Positions 36,678 to 48,284 of a stretch of DNA of 64,000 nt are shown piece after piece. The stretch lies in contig CAJINV010000003.1 of NCBI GenBank assembly GCA_905178155.1, positions 7,859,882 through 7,923,881 of the forward strand, given 5' to 3'. The notes beneath the pieces are model-generated. The model made no database searches. It was not told the DNA's origin and saw only the letters and a list, made by a program, of their open reading frames with translations. The position numbers and the translations under genes are program-made. This stretch comes from Amoebophrya sp. A120. Its lineage: Eukaryota; Protista; Dinoflagellata. The first letter of the stretch is position 1. Each line of letters opens with the position of its first letter.

Positions 36678-38738
36678 TTAGCTCCACCAGGGGTCCAGCT
36701 TCCACGGGAACGCGCTCTTCCCGTCAAACATCCACTGCACTACGCCTTTCGCGTCCATTCCATCGTGTTTCATGAGCATGCACACCCCTACGACGGTAGT
36801 GAGGGCTGCTTGCGTAAACAAGACGACAAAAAACACGCCGCTGCCTCGTTTCTGATCGTAACACGCTGCTGCGATATTCTGGCGCAGTTTAGCCACTGCG
36901 GCATGTACCACCAGGGTCTCGGTGGTCGTGGTCCCCGCACGTTCTTGCCCGACCTGTTCCGACAGGCTGGCCCGAAGAATCCACCGCCGCAGCGCGAGAC
37001 AAAAGGAGCCGCACGTCACGATCTGACCCAGAAACTGGATCCAGATGTTCCGCCACACTACGCGCAGCTCTCGATCATCGAAGTCCGACAACACATGAAA
37101 CATGCCGCGGTTCCAGGAGTAGTGATTGAAGCAGAGCAACACAAAAAAGGTCACTGGAACAATCAGTGCCACGTAGTGCCGTGCGAGCTGTTCAAAGATC
37201 CGGGACGCCAATGCGACCGCCTTCAGGTCGATGCATTTTCGCAATATTTTCTCGTCGCTTCGGCTTCCCAACCTAGCACTCAGTTGGTACAGCAGTTCTA
37301 GGTCATGGTCCAGCTGGATGAACGTGTTCCGCTTGGTCGCACGCCCCATCAAGACACTGATGAAGGCACTGACAACGACGGGCTGCACGCCGCGCGCAAC
37401 GACCGGTAAAAGGAAACAATTGTAGGTTTCATGGAGTCCTTGGTAGAAGAAAACCTTGAAAAGCACGCACAATGTTTCTAGCTCGTGGAGTTTCTGCGCA
37501 AAGAGGTCCTCCGCGTGTTTCCCTCGAGTTCTTGTTCTGCCCCACCAGTTCGGCATGTTCTTGCCGGAAACAGGCAAAGACTTTCATTACGCATCTCCGC
37601 ACTGCTTGATCTCCCCGCAATTGAGCTAGGTGGCGTGCTGTAATTGACAGCACCGGCGGAGGACATCGTTTCACCATCAAGCTCGGCGGTGTCTTTCTCG
37701 GTCGCCGAGCTGAAAAGCGATATCCGCGCGGGCTGAACTGCAACACAGGGCGCTGCGCCATCGCTATCGAGTACTTTGCACTTTTGCTTCACGGCCAGGT
37801 CGCCTCCGCTTTGGTCAACATCACTTCTGGGAGTCTTTCTTTCGGAGTCGCCCCTTTTCTCCGTGCGGTCGCAGACGCGGCTCAACAGCGCGTAGGGGTC
37901 GGCAAAAAGTATGAAATCTTGCGCCAGAGCCAGAACGACGGCCATGAAGTCGTCCAACACTGGAAAGAGCATCATAAGGCACTGCACGGAAAAGTAAGTG
38001 ACCAAGTTTGCCAAAGTCAACGCAAAAAACAGCACCAGGATTTTCGCCGTTCTACGCTGAATGACGCTGCGCTCTGCGCGTGTGCAGGGGTGCGCTGACG
38101 CAGCATGTACAGCCAGACCCTCAAAGTGCCACAGGCTCCACCAACTCAGCAGAAAACAAGGGAGGCCCAAACTCAGCGTGCCGAGCGGGAACGGACCGCC
38201 GGCAAAAATGTACGCGCACAGGAACAGCAGCACTGCGAAGACCGTCGGTACCCAGACCGACCTCCGCACACTAAGACGGCCCAGAATGCGCGCGAGCGTC
38301 AGTGGTAGGAGCGAATCGGCGCTGCCGGGCGCATTGCCATTCATCACCGCGTAGTTGTCGCTCCGATCGCGGGTCCACAAAACCCCGCGCTGCAGTGCCG
38401 CCATCTGCTCCAAGACGCTGACGAACTGCAGATACCATCCCACATGCACGGCCCACAGGAAGGACCAGCCAATCACGTTGTACCCGCAGAAGTACCCGGC
38501 GTTCCGCAGGTATCCGTGAAAAGTCACATCGTATGGGTCGCCAAAGGGGGGGAGGACGGGACCCAGCGAGAGGGCGATGGAGACCGGTACGAATACCGTC
38601 ACGCTGTATAAAATTTTAGCCGTACTCGGAGCAGCCGCAGCGCTCTTTTCTACATCTCGAGCAATGCTACGTGAGACGCGCCGCAGCGAGGCTTTACCTT
38701 CGGGGTCGTGCTGGCTCTGGTCTTCGGCCGCCGACATT
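36678..38738 (-). CDS. Multi-pass membrane protein split over two frames
   Basis: Hydrophobic ORFs 37478..38881 and 36678..37577 overlap with a frame change near 37510-37600. Likely start MSAAEDQ. Confidence 0.6.
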
Positions 38739-39185
38739 GCCGCGTACTGCCACTGCGGCTTGGAAGACCAGCCACAAAGACCGCCTGACGTAAATATCCT
38801 AAATAGAGATATTTCTGGGCTGCAGCCCCTGGCACAACACGAAGTTATAAATATTTTCCGTCTGCTAAATATTTCGAGCACGCCTTCCTCTCCCTATCCC
38901 TCAACGAGGTTGCTTCTGCGGTGCCGACGTAAGTACTTAGTGTCGCTACAGAAAACCATCGATCAAGAGCATGCGGCGCGCCCTTGTGAAATCGCGATCT
39001 TCAGGAGCACGGTGTAGTGCAACACAAGTATTGCGTCGTGTCAGCCTCCGCCATAGAACACGCCCGGTAGGAAAATCAGTTGTGTATGTTTCATTCCCCG
39101 CTTTATTTTCATCGGAGGTTCTCGTAATAGCTACTGTCGTGATGGTATGTTGCGAGGTGAAAGTCAAAGTATATCGATGATCTTA

Positions 39186-41309
39186 CTACAACTTCAATGT
39201 GATTTTCACCGCCGAGGATGACGAAGTGCGCTTGAACGGGTTTCCGCCACTATAAGCAGCTTGACATGAAGATACTACCGCAACCTCCTCGTCCTCCCTT
39301 TCGGCGTTTGCGGTCCCTCGCTCCATGCTTTCTGACCATCGTCCAGCTTGCACCAATCGATAGAAGCAGCCAGATGCCTGAAACAAGGTGAGCAATTCGC
39401 CCCGTGTCTGGTACTTTGGCCGAAAGCATAACGGTTGGCGCATCACCCAGTAAAGGCGTCTTTCCGTCTCCCAGTGGTTTATCCAGACCCATGCATTGCG
39501 TTGACAGTGGCTTTTTCCTCTTTGCTGGTGTCCTCCAAAAAAGTAGTCCACCATATCCGCGCCAACAGTAGCATACCCCAACATCGCGTAAACCAGTCCT
39601 CCTGGGGCTAAAGCAGCAATCATCTTTAGCAGATGCGCGTGCGCGCCGCTTCTCTTGTGAATTCGGGCAATACTGGCGGAGTTGATAAAGCTGGAACGAA
39701 GTCCTGTGATGCTGCAGTGCGGATCTTCACTCCACGCAATAACAAAACTGCTGCGCTGTCTGTTCGTCTCGTAAGGTTTTCCAAGCTCCACACGGACCCA
39801 GTCAGCGTAATCGTCGCGCCGAATACCAGCCCAGTCACCTGAACAGTACCTGTGAATTCGCTCAGTGTAATGCATAGCAGACAATAACGGAGTGAGAAGA
39901 CAGCAGTGCAATGTTGCCGATTTTTGGAATAGCGACGAGTTCACCACACAGAGCACGGGCGCCACGAGCAATGCGAAAAAGCGAACTGGTATCCTGCTAC
40001 GCTTCACTCCTCGTTTCCTCCAAAACCGTAACTGCGACGCTCGTATTAACTTTTCAACCTTCCACCGAGCAGTATCAAAAGCAGAGCAGCTACTGTTTGC
40101 GTCTAGATGATAGTGGAACACGAAGAGGCTGTGCTCGATCTGCGCCAGAACAATACGCAGACAGTTTCTTATGAGGCTGAGAATCGAGGTCATTCGAATC
40201 ATTACTGCCAAAAAGCACTGTATTCCACGAGCCCAAAAATGTGCTTTCATTTCCAAAAGTTTTTTCTCCCATTCCGCTTCTGCATCTCGAGTAGGGATTT
40301 TTGGTAAAAATTCCATCATTTTTCGCCATCTCCATCGACGGCTCTCCACGTAGCCTAGGCGCTTCTGCAGATTGGTGTTTTCGAGATAAGGGTCCCAGAT
40401 CTGTTCGCTCTGGACCTCGAGCGCCTTCCTCATCTTTTGTTCCTGCTCGTGCAGCGTCTCAGATTCCTGAGTAAGTTCCTTCATGTGGGTGGTCCCGCCG
40501 ATCGTCACAAAGAGGTCGTATACCAAGGAGAAGATAAAGAAGAAAAACCGCCCGAAGAATGTGACGCCGCCGAGGGTAAACTCTACCCGCTGGCACCACG
40601 CTTCATCTTCGTCGGTAGTTGTAGTTGTAGAACTGCAGGGAAAAAAATCCAGATCATTGCTTTTGTTATCGTTTGTTTCATTGTGCGCCGATTTTAGTGA
40701 AGGTAATTCCGCATGAGGTGCAATGGTGTTCGCACTGCTTTCTTGACTATCATGAATCTGCTCGGCCAGCGTCATCTGCTGATCTTCGTAGGACTGCACT
40801 GGTAGTGCTTGAAAAGATTGCTTTGCTTGGTGCAGTAAGATCCTGGATCTACTTGTTTCTTCGGCATTGGGATTGCTATCTACGCGGACTCGCCACGACT
40901 GCTGCTTGCCATACCGGTGCCTCCGCTTGCGTTTCCGTTTCCTGTGTGATGATTTTGTAGATTCTGGACTTCGCGAACCAAAACTGCACTCTTCCGCTCC
41001 CACGCCTGTCTGTCCATATGCAACATCCGAATCATGCATACTGCCTTCACTCCACATCAAGTCTGTAATGCTATCATCACACTTTTTCATGAGCGCAAAT
41101 TCACATTTAGGTACAAGGATCTCACCTGCTGACCCAGTGAAGAATCCTCCAACGCGACCGAGTAACGACTTGGGCTGCTCTTTCTGTACCTGCTGTTCAT
41201 CACCCATTTCCACGTCGTCAGGAAGATATCCGCCCTCTTCGTTGTTCGACATTTTGTCACGCTTAGCCGAGGGAGAAGTGGAAGCATCCGCACTGGCACT
41301 GCGCTTCAT
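39186..41309 (-). CDS. Hypothetical intronless protein (about 707 aa), mosaic composition
   Basis: Long open frame. The likely start MKRSASAD lies just after the stop of the upstream gene. No recognisable domain. Confidence 0.45.
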   Translation of the reverse strand: MKRSASADASTSPSAKRDKMSNNEEGGYLPDDVEMGDEQQVQKEQPKSLLGRVGGFFTGSAGEILVPKCEFALMKKCDDSITDLMWSEGSMHDSDVAYGQTGVGAEECSFGSRSPESTKSSHRKRKRKRRHRYGKQQSWRVRVDSNPNAEETSRSRILLHQAKQSFQALPVQSYEDQQMTLAEQIHDSQESSANTIAPHAELPSLKSAHNETNDNKSNDLDFFPCSSTTTTTDEDEAWCQRVEFTLGGVTFFGRFFFFIFSLVYDLFVTIGGTTHMKELTQESETLHEQEQKMRKALEVQSEQIWDPYLENTNLQKRLGYVESRRWRWRKMMEFLPKIPTRDAEAEWEKKLLEMKAHFWARGIQCFLAVMIRMTSILSLIRNCLRIVLAQIEHSLFVFHYHLDANSSCSAFDTARWKVEKLIRASQLRFWRKRGVKRSRIPVRFFALLVAPVLCVVNSSLFQKSATLHCCLLTPLLSAMHYTERIHRYCSGDWAGIRRDDYADWVRVELGKPYETNRQRSSFVIAWSEDPHCSITGLRSSFINSASIARIHKRSGAHAHLLKMIAALAPGGLVYAMLGYATVGADMVDYFFGGHQQRGKSHCQRNAWVWINHWETERRLYWVMRQPLCFRPKYQTRGELLTLFQASGCFYRLVQAGRWSESMERGTANAEREDEEVAVVSSCQAAYSGGNPFKRTSSSSAVKITLKL

Positions 41310-41415
41310 GTTCGTAATGTCTTTGGTGCGTCCACCGCCAATCACTAGCACCCCCTGCGTCTGAAGAGTAGCACTGCACGGCTGCAACGAAGTGCGCTGG
41401 AACGGGTTTCCGCCA

Positions 41416-42202
41416 CTATAACTCCTTCGAAGCCGCTGGTGTGCCTGTTCGGTCCAGGGCTCCAGGAAAACCGACGACAAGCACCATGTAAGCCAAGCCG
41501 AGTGTCGCAAACAAAGCGATGTTCAGATTTACAGTAAAAGAAGTGCATGCTTTTAAGTAAGTATTTTAGGCAGATGATTACTCGACGTGGCCTGTGCTTG
41601 AAGTTGAAGGGATGCAGCACTTTCTGATTTAGGTCAATATACCCGTCTTTTCCCCTTGTGCGTAACGATTAGACGCAGAAGAGGGGGGGGCGGGACACCA
41701 GAGAAGTCCGGGTCCCAGTTTAGAAGCGATTTGCGCTGCAGACTCTTCATGTTGCGGCTTTGCAACAAGAGAAATGACAACATCGAATGACAATGTGGAA
41801 AACTACCGCACCTGAACAGGAAACGCACACACTTCACTTCCATATCAGAGGGTGCCAGTCATTCCACCGCCCTCTCGTGTGTGCGTACACGCCTGCTGCC
41901 ACGGCTATCGCGAAGGAAAGTATAAACACTCGCGCAATATACAGTCGCGCTTTCGGATCCAAATACAGCGAGCTGGCCGCAAAAAACGCAAATCCGAAAA
42001 TGAACGGGGCCGACCAGCGTATGCAATCGGCGGTGATGGATTCTGCTGGAATGTTGGATTTACTGAACAGGGAAAACATCTCCGGTTTCACAAATGCCAC
42101 CATTGCGAACGTAAACGCAGAAGCAGCATGCATAGCCACGAAGGCGTCGGCGTAGAATGCCGCACCAGCGACTTCAAAGGGACGAGAGACAAATGCCATC
42201 AT
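41416..42202 (-). CDS. Small multi-TM membrane protein, 2 exons
   Basis: ORF 41834..42202 continues as WHPL|NIALFATLGLAYMVLVVGFPG...KEL* after removing 41523..41844. Confidence 0.7.
41528..41844. mobile_element. Degenerate TIR intron element
   Basis: Perfect 5-bp repeat TCTGA on both sides, weak inverted ends, internal ATGACAA x2, no GT-AG. Confidence 0.75.
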
Positions 42203-43121
42203 GTAAATATTCTATGCGGTACTCACTGTTCTTGCTCTGCATCGCAGACACAAAAATACCGTACAGCTGGTCGCACGAAAGCCGCGACCTCCAGCTGGAA
42301 CTACTGACGCTGCGTGTCATGTTACCCACACCGAACTGACCATGAAGAAAAAAAGCCTCTCCCTCTCGTCGCTTACGAAGATCAAAACAGACCTGATAAA
42401 TGAAAACAAAGTGGAGAACATAATTGGTAAAGAATCGCATTCGCACCTTCCAATCGACTTCATAGCCACTGTTCATCTTCATTCCTCACATGCACAATGC
42501 CATGAAAAGCAGCCCGACACAACATTGCTTCAATATCGTTCATTCTCGGAATACCGCTAAATTATGCCAGACGAGCAAAAAGCTACGCGGGCATTGATTT
42601 CTGTAGTGCAAAAGTAAGTAAGTACATAAAAATGCATTGAACCCTCTTTCTCTCTGGGTACAAAATGCACGAAAAGTACTAGGATAAGGGACCCTGTCTT
42701 CCTCTTGCTCTTCAATGCAAAAACTGCATTAATTATTTGCGTTTAACAATTTGCATTTTCATCCGTAGCACTGATTCGAAACTTAGGCAGTGACACAAAA
42801 CTAAATGATGATCCCCGGACAGTTCCAACTTTTGGAGCGGCACGGACAGTTCCAACTTTTGGAGTAGTTAGACACCAACTCGATTCTGCATTTCGGTGCG
42901 CGCCTCTTAGTTTTCCGTGACTGCCAACATCGAAGCTTCCTACGGAAATCACCACTTGTCATAGAATCTTCATACGGAAATCGAAATCGCCAGTAGTCTT
43001 ATTTACTGTACAAGGCGGAGGGGTGCGTCCTGGAGAGCCGTGATGCAACCGTCGAACTTTCCTAGGACATCAATCGGAACTCCAAGTACAAAGTCGCCGC
43101 CCGTGATGCAACAGTGAGACG

Positions 43122-45167
43122 CTACCTGGTGGATGGCGCCCGCAATCCGACCCGAAGTTCGTGCTCCTGGGGAAGAATATCCTCGTAGGAAACGAAGATT
43201 CATTCTGTGTAAAAACTCTCTATACAAGCCGAATCGACCACGCGTTACGCGCAAACGAATGCAGCACACGCAAACCACACGCTCGTCATGCATTTTCGCA
43301 TGCAGCTATCCACCCGAGCCACTTTCCAGCTACGTTACTTTAGAATTAGATAGAAACTTGCTATGGTCTCTTCAGAACACGATAGATGACGCAGACATGG
43401 TAACTGACCGCAACTAGGACTATTCTATGCTGTCACGCAGAACTCCTATCACTTGTTGATCTGAACAGCAAAACCCCCGTGGTCGTGCTTTTGAACGTAG
43501 GAACGTTTTTACACAGGGTAGCTCTGTTGCCGTAGCAAGGGTTCGGTTTTGTTCCTGGAGCGCCGACCGGCAAACGCCTCGGCCGCTTCCATGGTCGAGT
43601 AGTGTCCAACCGCATTGCATGGTCGGCGAATGAGGCGCATTCTGGCACATCGCAGCCGTGTAGTGATCTCGGCACAGGTCGTAAGTGGGCTCGCCCCTGC
43701 AACCTTTTCCCGGATGAAGCGAGCATCGAGGAAAAAGCTCATTGCACTGTGATTATCAAATGAAAAAAAGCAAAATGAAGCAGACAGCGACGTTGGCGTA
43801 GTTCCTGCACTGCAAAGAAAGTATATGCAGTAAAAAACAATGGATGCTTGCACAGTGCTGCAGAAGCAGACCAAAAAATTTTTAGTTTTAGGCATGCACA
43901 GCACAGCCATTTGCAGGGAAGTATCATCTTAATACTATATCGACCCCGTTCTGTCTGTTCATCCCTTTTCTTTGTTTTGCATACTGAGTGCGTGGTCGCC
44001 TGACGGCATTCCTTATCGAGAATGACGGCCGGATCTGGTGTTTGTTGTCCGGGGAGGTTCCAATGTACTGATGAGCGTCATGCTCTCAAACTCTGTCTGC
44101 AATACCACGTACGCAGAGAGTGAAGCGTTCTTTTTGCATCAAACAAAGATGATAGATTATGATGGGATGATCTATCACGCAAAGCAAATAGGGCACTTAC
44201 CTCGTTTCGCCTGGTTGATGCAACGGCTTCCCGTCCACAGACACGCCCCCGCGCAGCCCGCTTCCTGTGTGTTGCGACCGCAGAAATCCTGATGGCACTC
44301 TTCTTATCGTAAGGAAAAATCCCCCCTCCCCATATCAAAAAGAAGTTTCTGATGTTGGATTTGGGTACACAAATCAGGTCTGTCTTGCAGAAAGTGCTTG
44401 GCGGCATTTTGTAAGCCTGTTTGAATGTGCAGAAGGCTAGCAATAAGGCATGACAAACAGGTTTGCAGTAGTCAAAAGCGAATGACAGACTGGCTGTGGA
44501 ATGCGCCACATTGCTCCCATTACCCTATAGGCAAGACAGAGGGTATTTGTGACCACAAATCAGCATGACAAATTTCCTTTTCGATATGGGGAGGGGGGAT
44601 TTTTCCTTTTGATACTTCTTCGGGCTTCTTGACGGCCTCTGTCGCGTAAAAGCCCTCGGGATCCGCCACGTCTTTGGCGGAGAACACGCACTGCTCGTGC
44701 TATGCAATACAAATTTCCTGTACATGTACAAAATGCATCACAAATTTCACCAATTTGGGGCGTAACACTTGTCATGCTAAACTAGGATCGAAGCCCAATT
44801 TTGTCATGCAAAAACCGCATTTTTACGTGTACGGGAAATTTACTGTGGATACGTGCGCATTACACACTACACGTCCTTCCCCGGTCAGCACGGAACAGAG
44901 GTCGTCAACATAAGCGTCGGAGGACTCAGCTTCACGGTCAGAAGATCTCACTGTGTTCAGAGCTAGCGGCTTCATGCCCACTGTTATTCTAGAAAGCAGA
45001 ACTATCCTCGCGCCGGTACCAGCAGAACGGCGTGAACAACCTGATGCTGCTGGGCAGCTGCAACTGGACTTAGCTGAGAAAGCCTGAAAAAACGGAGAAG
45101 GCCGCTGGTGCCTCTTCCTCTGCTCCCAAGCGGCCCGCTCCCTCGCCCTTGCGAACGTCGCTACCAT
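43122..45167 (-). CDS. Cys-rich repeat protein, multi-exon (partly reconstructed)
   Basis: Splicing out three TIR elements yields modules DLCSVLTGEGRVVCNAHEQCVF, DFCGRNTQEAGCAGACLWTGSRC and DLCRDHYTAAMCQ...CGW...GVC. Start and two junctions unresolved. Confidence 0.6.
43201..43520. mobile_element. TIR intron element (TATCCTG family, degenerate)
   Basis: Ends cattctgtgtaaaaact / revcomp taccctgtgtaaaaacgt. Flanks AGAGC/AATCT. Element+5 nt removal keeps the frame. Confidence 0.7.
44305..44614. mobile_element. TIR intron element (TATCAAAAGGAAAAAT family)
   Basis: About 35-bp TIR tatc..aaggaaaaatcccccctccccatatc, perfect TSD cttct. Homologous along its length to 53545..53865. Confidence 0.93.
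44701..44851. mobile_element. Short TIR intron element
   Basis: About 35-bp TIR (aaatttcc.gtaca.gta.aaaatgc), perfect TSD cgtgc, two internal ttgtcatgc. Confidence 0.9.
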
Positions 45168-46145
45168 CTCGATGACTACTCAATCGCAAGAACCATGCTA
45201 ATTATGTTCCTGCAATTATGTTGAATACAACAGCATACTAACTCACTATATTTTCTGCTGTACTTTCAGTTGCGTGTAAGTACAAGAGCACCACGCATCT
45301 TCACGTGTTGTTGTTCATTTGCACCTCGTGTCTGTTAAAACCTAACGCCCTAGATCCTCTTTTCTCTCTCTGTTCCCTCCACTTGTGAAATTCCACCTAA
45401 ACCCAGGCACCTTTTTCGACTTCCTTGCGAAGAACTTGTTCGCTCGAAGTAGCATCTGCATCTCTCGTGGCACCTATTTTGATGTACAATTGCGTGAACA
45501 GCAAGAACGAAAGATCCCGGAATCTTCGGTATTCCAACAGCGTACCTACGTACATGGGCTCTGCAGCCCGACTTCTCCGGTCGGCAGAAGCAGGTCGGTT
45601 AACACCGGTTAGCACGCTAGTAATATCACAGTCATTTTCTTAAAAGCGTCAACGATTGAACTAGAGCTGGTCGGCAAAAAACAAAGTTCTCGATTCTCAA
45701 GCAAAAAGGAGAAGCGACGTTTCATCAGAAGAAGCAGAACTGAATTATATCCATCTCGACGGGGGCGGCAATGTTTGTATATTGCTACGTCGCGGGCTGC
45801 TCTTGCGGAAGCTGGTGAAGCTCTCCAGTGGATGAGCTGCATCTGAAACGCAAACACCTACTGCTCAGACGTGGACTTCAAAATATCAGCCTCGTTTGTT
45901 CATAGTGGCGAGATCCTCCTCCGCGAGTTCCAGCGTCAAGTCACGCATGAAACAGCACCAAGCAGTAGACCCAACAGCATCAGTTCCCTAGTATCGTCCG
46001 CACTAAGTTGTAACTAACGCTGCAACTTAATATCTATCACGTTCATCTTCGAAGTGCGCATAAGAAATTGCGCAGCTCTGGGGCATGGGCAACAGCTACT
46101 TGTCAAGTCAATGTTGAGATGACGGCCTCGAAGATTAGTCCATCT

Positions 46146-47390
46146 TCAGACGAAGCCCGAGATGACTTCGTTGCAGCCTATACAGACCACGGGGGAGCTG
46201 GAGAGCGTTCCTTGCACCAGATCGTGGCTGACGACGTTGTAGAACTCCGTGAGACAGTAGGGACACCGCGTCTTCTGGTTTCTGCTGCCCGTGAACGTCT
46301 TTACAATGTACGGATTACGCGGAATCACGCTCGAGGTGATGATTTCCTCCAGCCCGCTGCCTTTGATCACGTTCGCGGAAAGCGCGCTGGAGTCCTCACT
46401 GCGCCCGGCAGAGGAGGTTGCTTTGGTTTCCGACTTGTTTACGACGCCGGTGCCCTTGCTGCTACCCGAGTGATGGCTTTTCGCATCGTCGTCTGGTCCA
46501 GCGTCCTCATCGAACAGCGCCTTCGATCCGGCCTTCTTCTTTTCGGGGGACCCGGTGACGGACTTCTTTTGCTCCTTCTGTGCCTTCCGCGCCATCTCTG
46601 CGGCCTCTTCGGCGATGTCGCGCTCCATGTTCTTGATATTTTGCTCGACGAAGAAATTCACGTTTGCGCGCGCGGCAACACAGACCACAATACCAACCAA
46701 GCCCAAACACGCCACAATCTTCAGCATAGCCTCGAAGTTGCATTGGCTGTTTACCTCCTCGCAAGCTGCGGTGCATGTCGCAAGCTCCGCGTCGGCAGCC
46801 GCTTGAATGGCAAACTTCTCAGCCCCCCGAAGCAACGTCAGGGCTTGTCGATGTTGCTCCGTGCAGACCGTATTGCAAGACGCCAGCGTGTCCGCGCAAT
46901 CGCCCAACTCACTGTTACCTGGAGGATAGAAGTCGGAGCGCTCTGCTCATGATCAATCATGGGCTCGGACGCTCGAAGCCGACATCAAAATTGAGGAAAA
47001 ATGTACTCTAGAACAGGGCTTTTAAAGCTTGCAGCAATTCTTTTTCAAAAGTATCCGAGTGAACTAACTGACTCTGCTGAACAATCGACATTTCGTTCGA
47101 AAAGGCAGTAAGTACGTACCTTGTATTCCGAAGAAGCTTATTGGCGCCAAGAAAATCACCAGCATAGTGCATAGGGTCGGAAAGCTTGATATTTTTTCCA
47201 ACATCGGATGGTCAGGCTCTACGGAACGGTCGACGGCTTGGCCAATACCAGAGGGGGCGACTTTTTGCATTTTGAACTTCGTCCCTTTCACCTGATTCTT
47301 CTCATTGTTTTGTTGCGTCGTCGTGCCTGTACGCATCGCTGACGTTTTGGCGCTCGTAGCGCCGGCAGCACTCCGCTCCGTCTTCGGCAT
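46146..47390 (-). CDS. Hypothetical 2-TM protein with C-terminal CxxC...CxxC, 2 exons
   Basis: GT-AG intron about 46919..47119 joins FFGIQ to GNSELGDC. CPYC...CIGC at the end. Confidence 0.6.
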
Positions 47391-48284
47391 TGTTTGATTT
47401 TTCGTTTTCGATGAAAATCTACATAAAGAAAAATTTCCAATGGAAAACTGTAACAACGAGGATAAAATGTAAGTTGTTTGACGTTCTTTACTTAATTACT
47501 GCAGGTGATGACGCTTGGCGGGGGTCGGAGCAGAGTCTGCTCCGAACAAGCGCTACAGCTTCCGCAAGTGCAATCTTCCCACTACCAGGCTACACGTACA
47601 CTGGAAAAAAAGATATGTTGATATCGGTATACGAATAAGCAAATAATGATCAAGAGGAATACGATCCGTCAATGCCCGAACAGGAAAAAACGCTACGCAG
47701 GACCCTCATAATTGGCATCCCCAACACCGAAGTCTCTTCTTGCTTTTGCTCTCCACTATTTTCTTGCGGTCACGAGACCCGTTATTTTGTGGTCAACTCT
47801 GACTCCCTCAAAAAGTTTCCAAATTTTTCTCTCTCAACGATCGCAGGCACTCAATCGCTCGCCCACTAAGCGTCGACCGCTTCTCAACTTCTTCGCAAAT
47901 CAAATACAAATGCAAAACGAAAACGACCTTATACGAAAACCTATACTTAATGATGTCTCTGCTCTTGATAATTACTTTTTCCAACTCTTCCGCTATCAGC
48001 GAAATCGAACACATCCTGCCAGCAACAGAATCCATGCGCCACCATCTTCGGTGGGTCCGATTGTCGTGGCCTCATCCAGTCAGGTCATCTACTTTTCAAC
48101 AATCCCGGTTTCGTTTTCACGACACGTGTTCTGCTTCTTCGAAGCCTCTCGTACTCCTACTCGTCTTGGTGGAACGCCGTAATTGTAAAGAAAGTATGAG
48201 GATTTACTTGCGAGGACCACATCATTCACCTGCACTGATTACTTGTTACGCAAGCGCTCTGACACAGAAAGAGACAATCATACC

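Noticed and set aside
42816-42864. 22-bp tandem duplication cggacagttccaacttttggag
   Set aside because: Only two copies with no associated structure; an ordinary local duplication.
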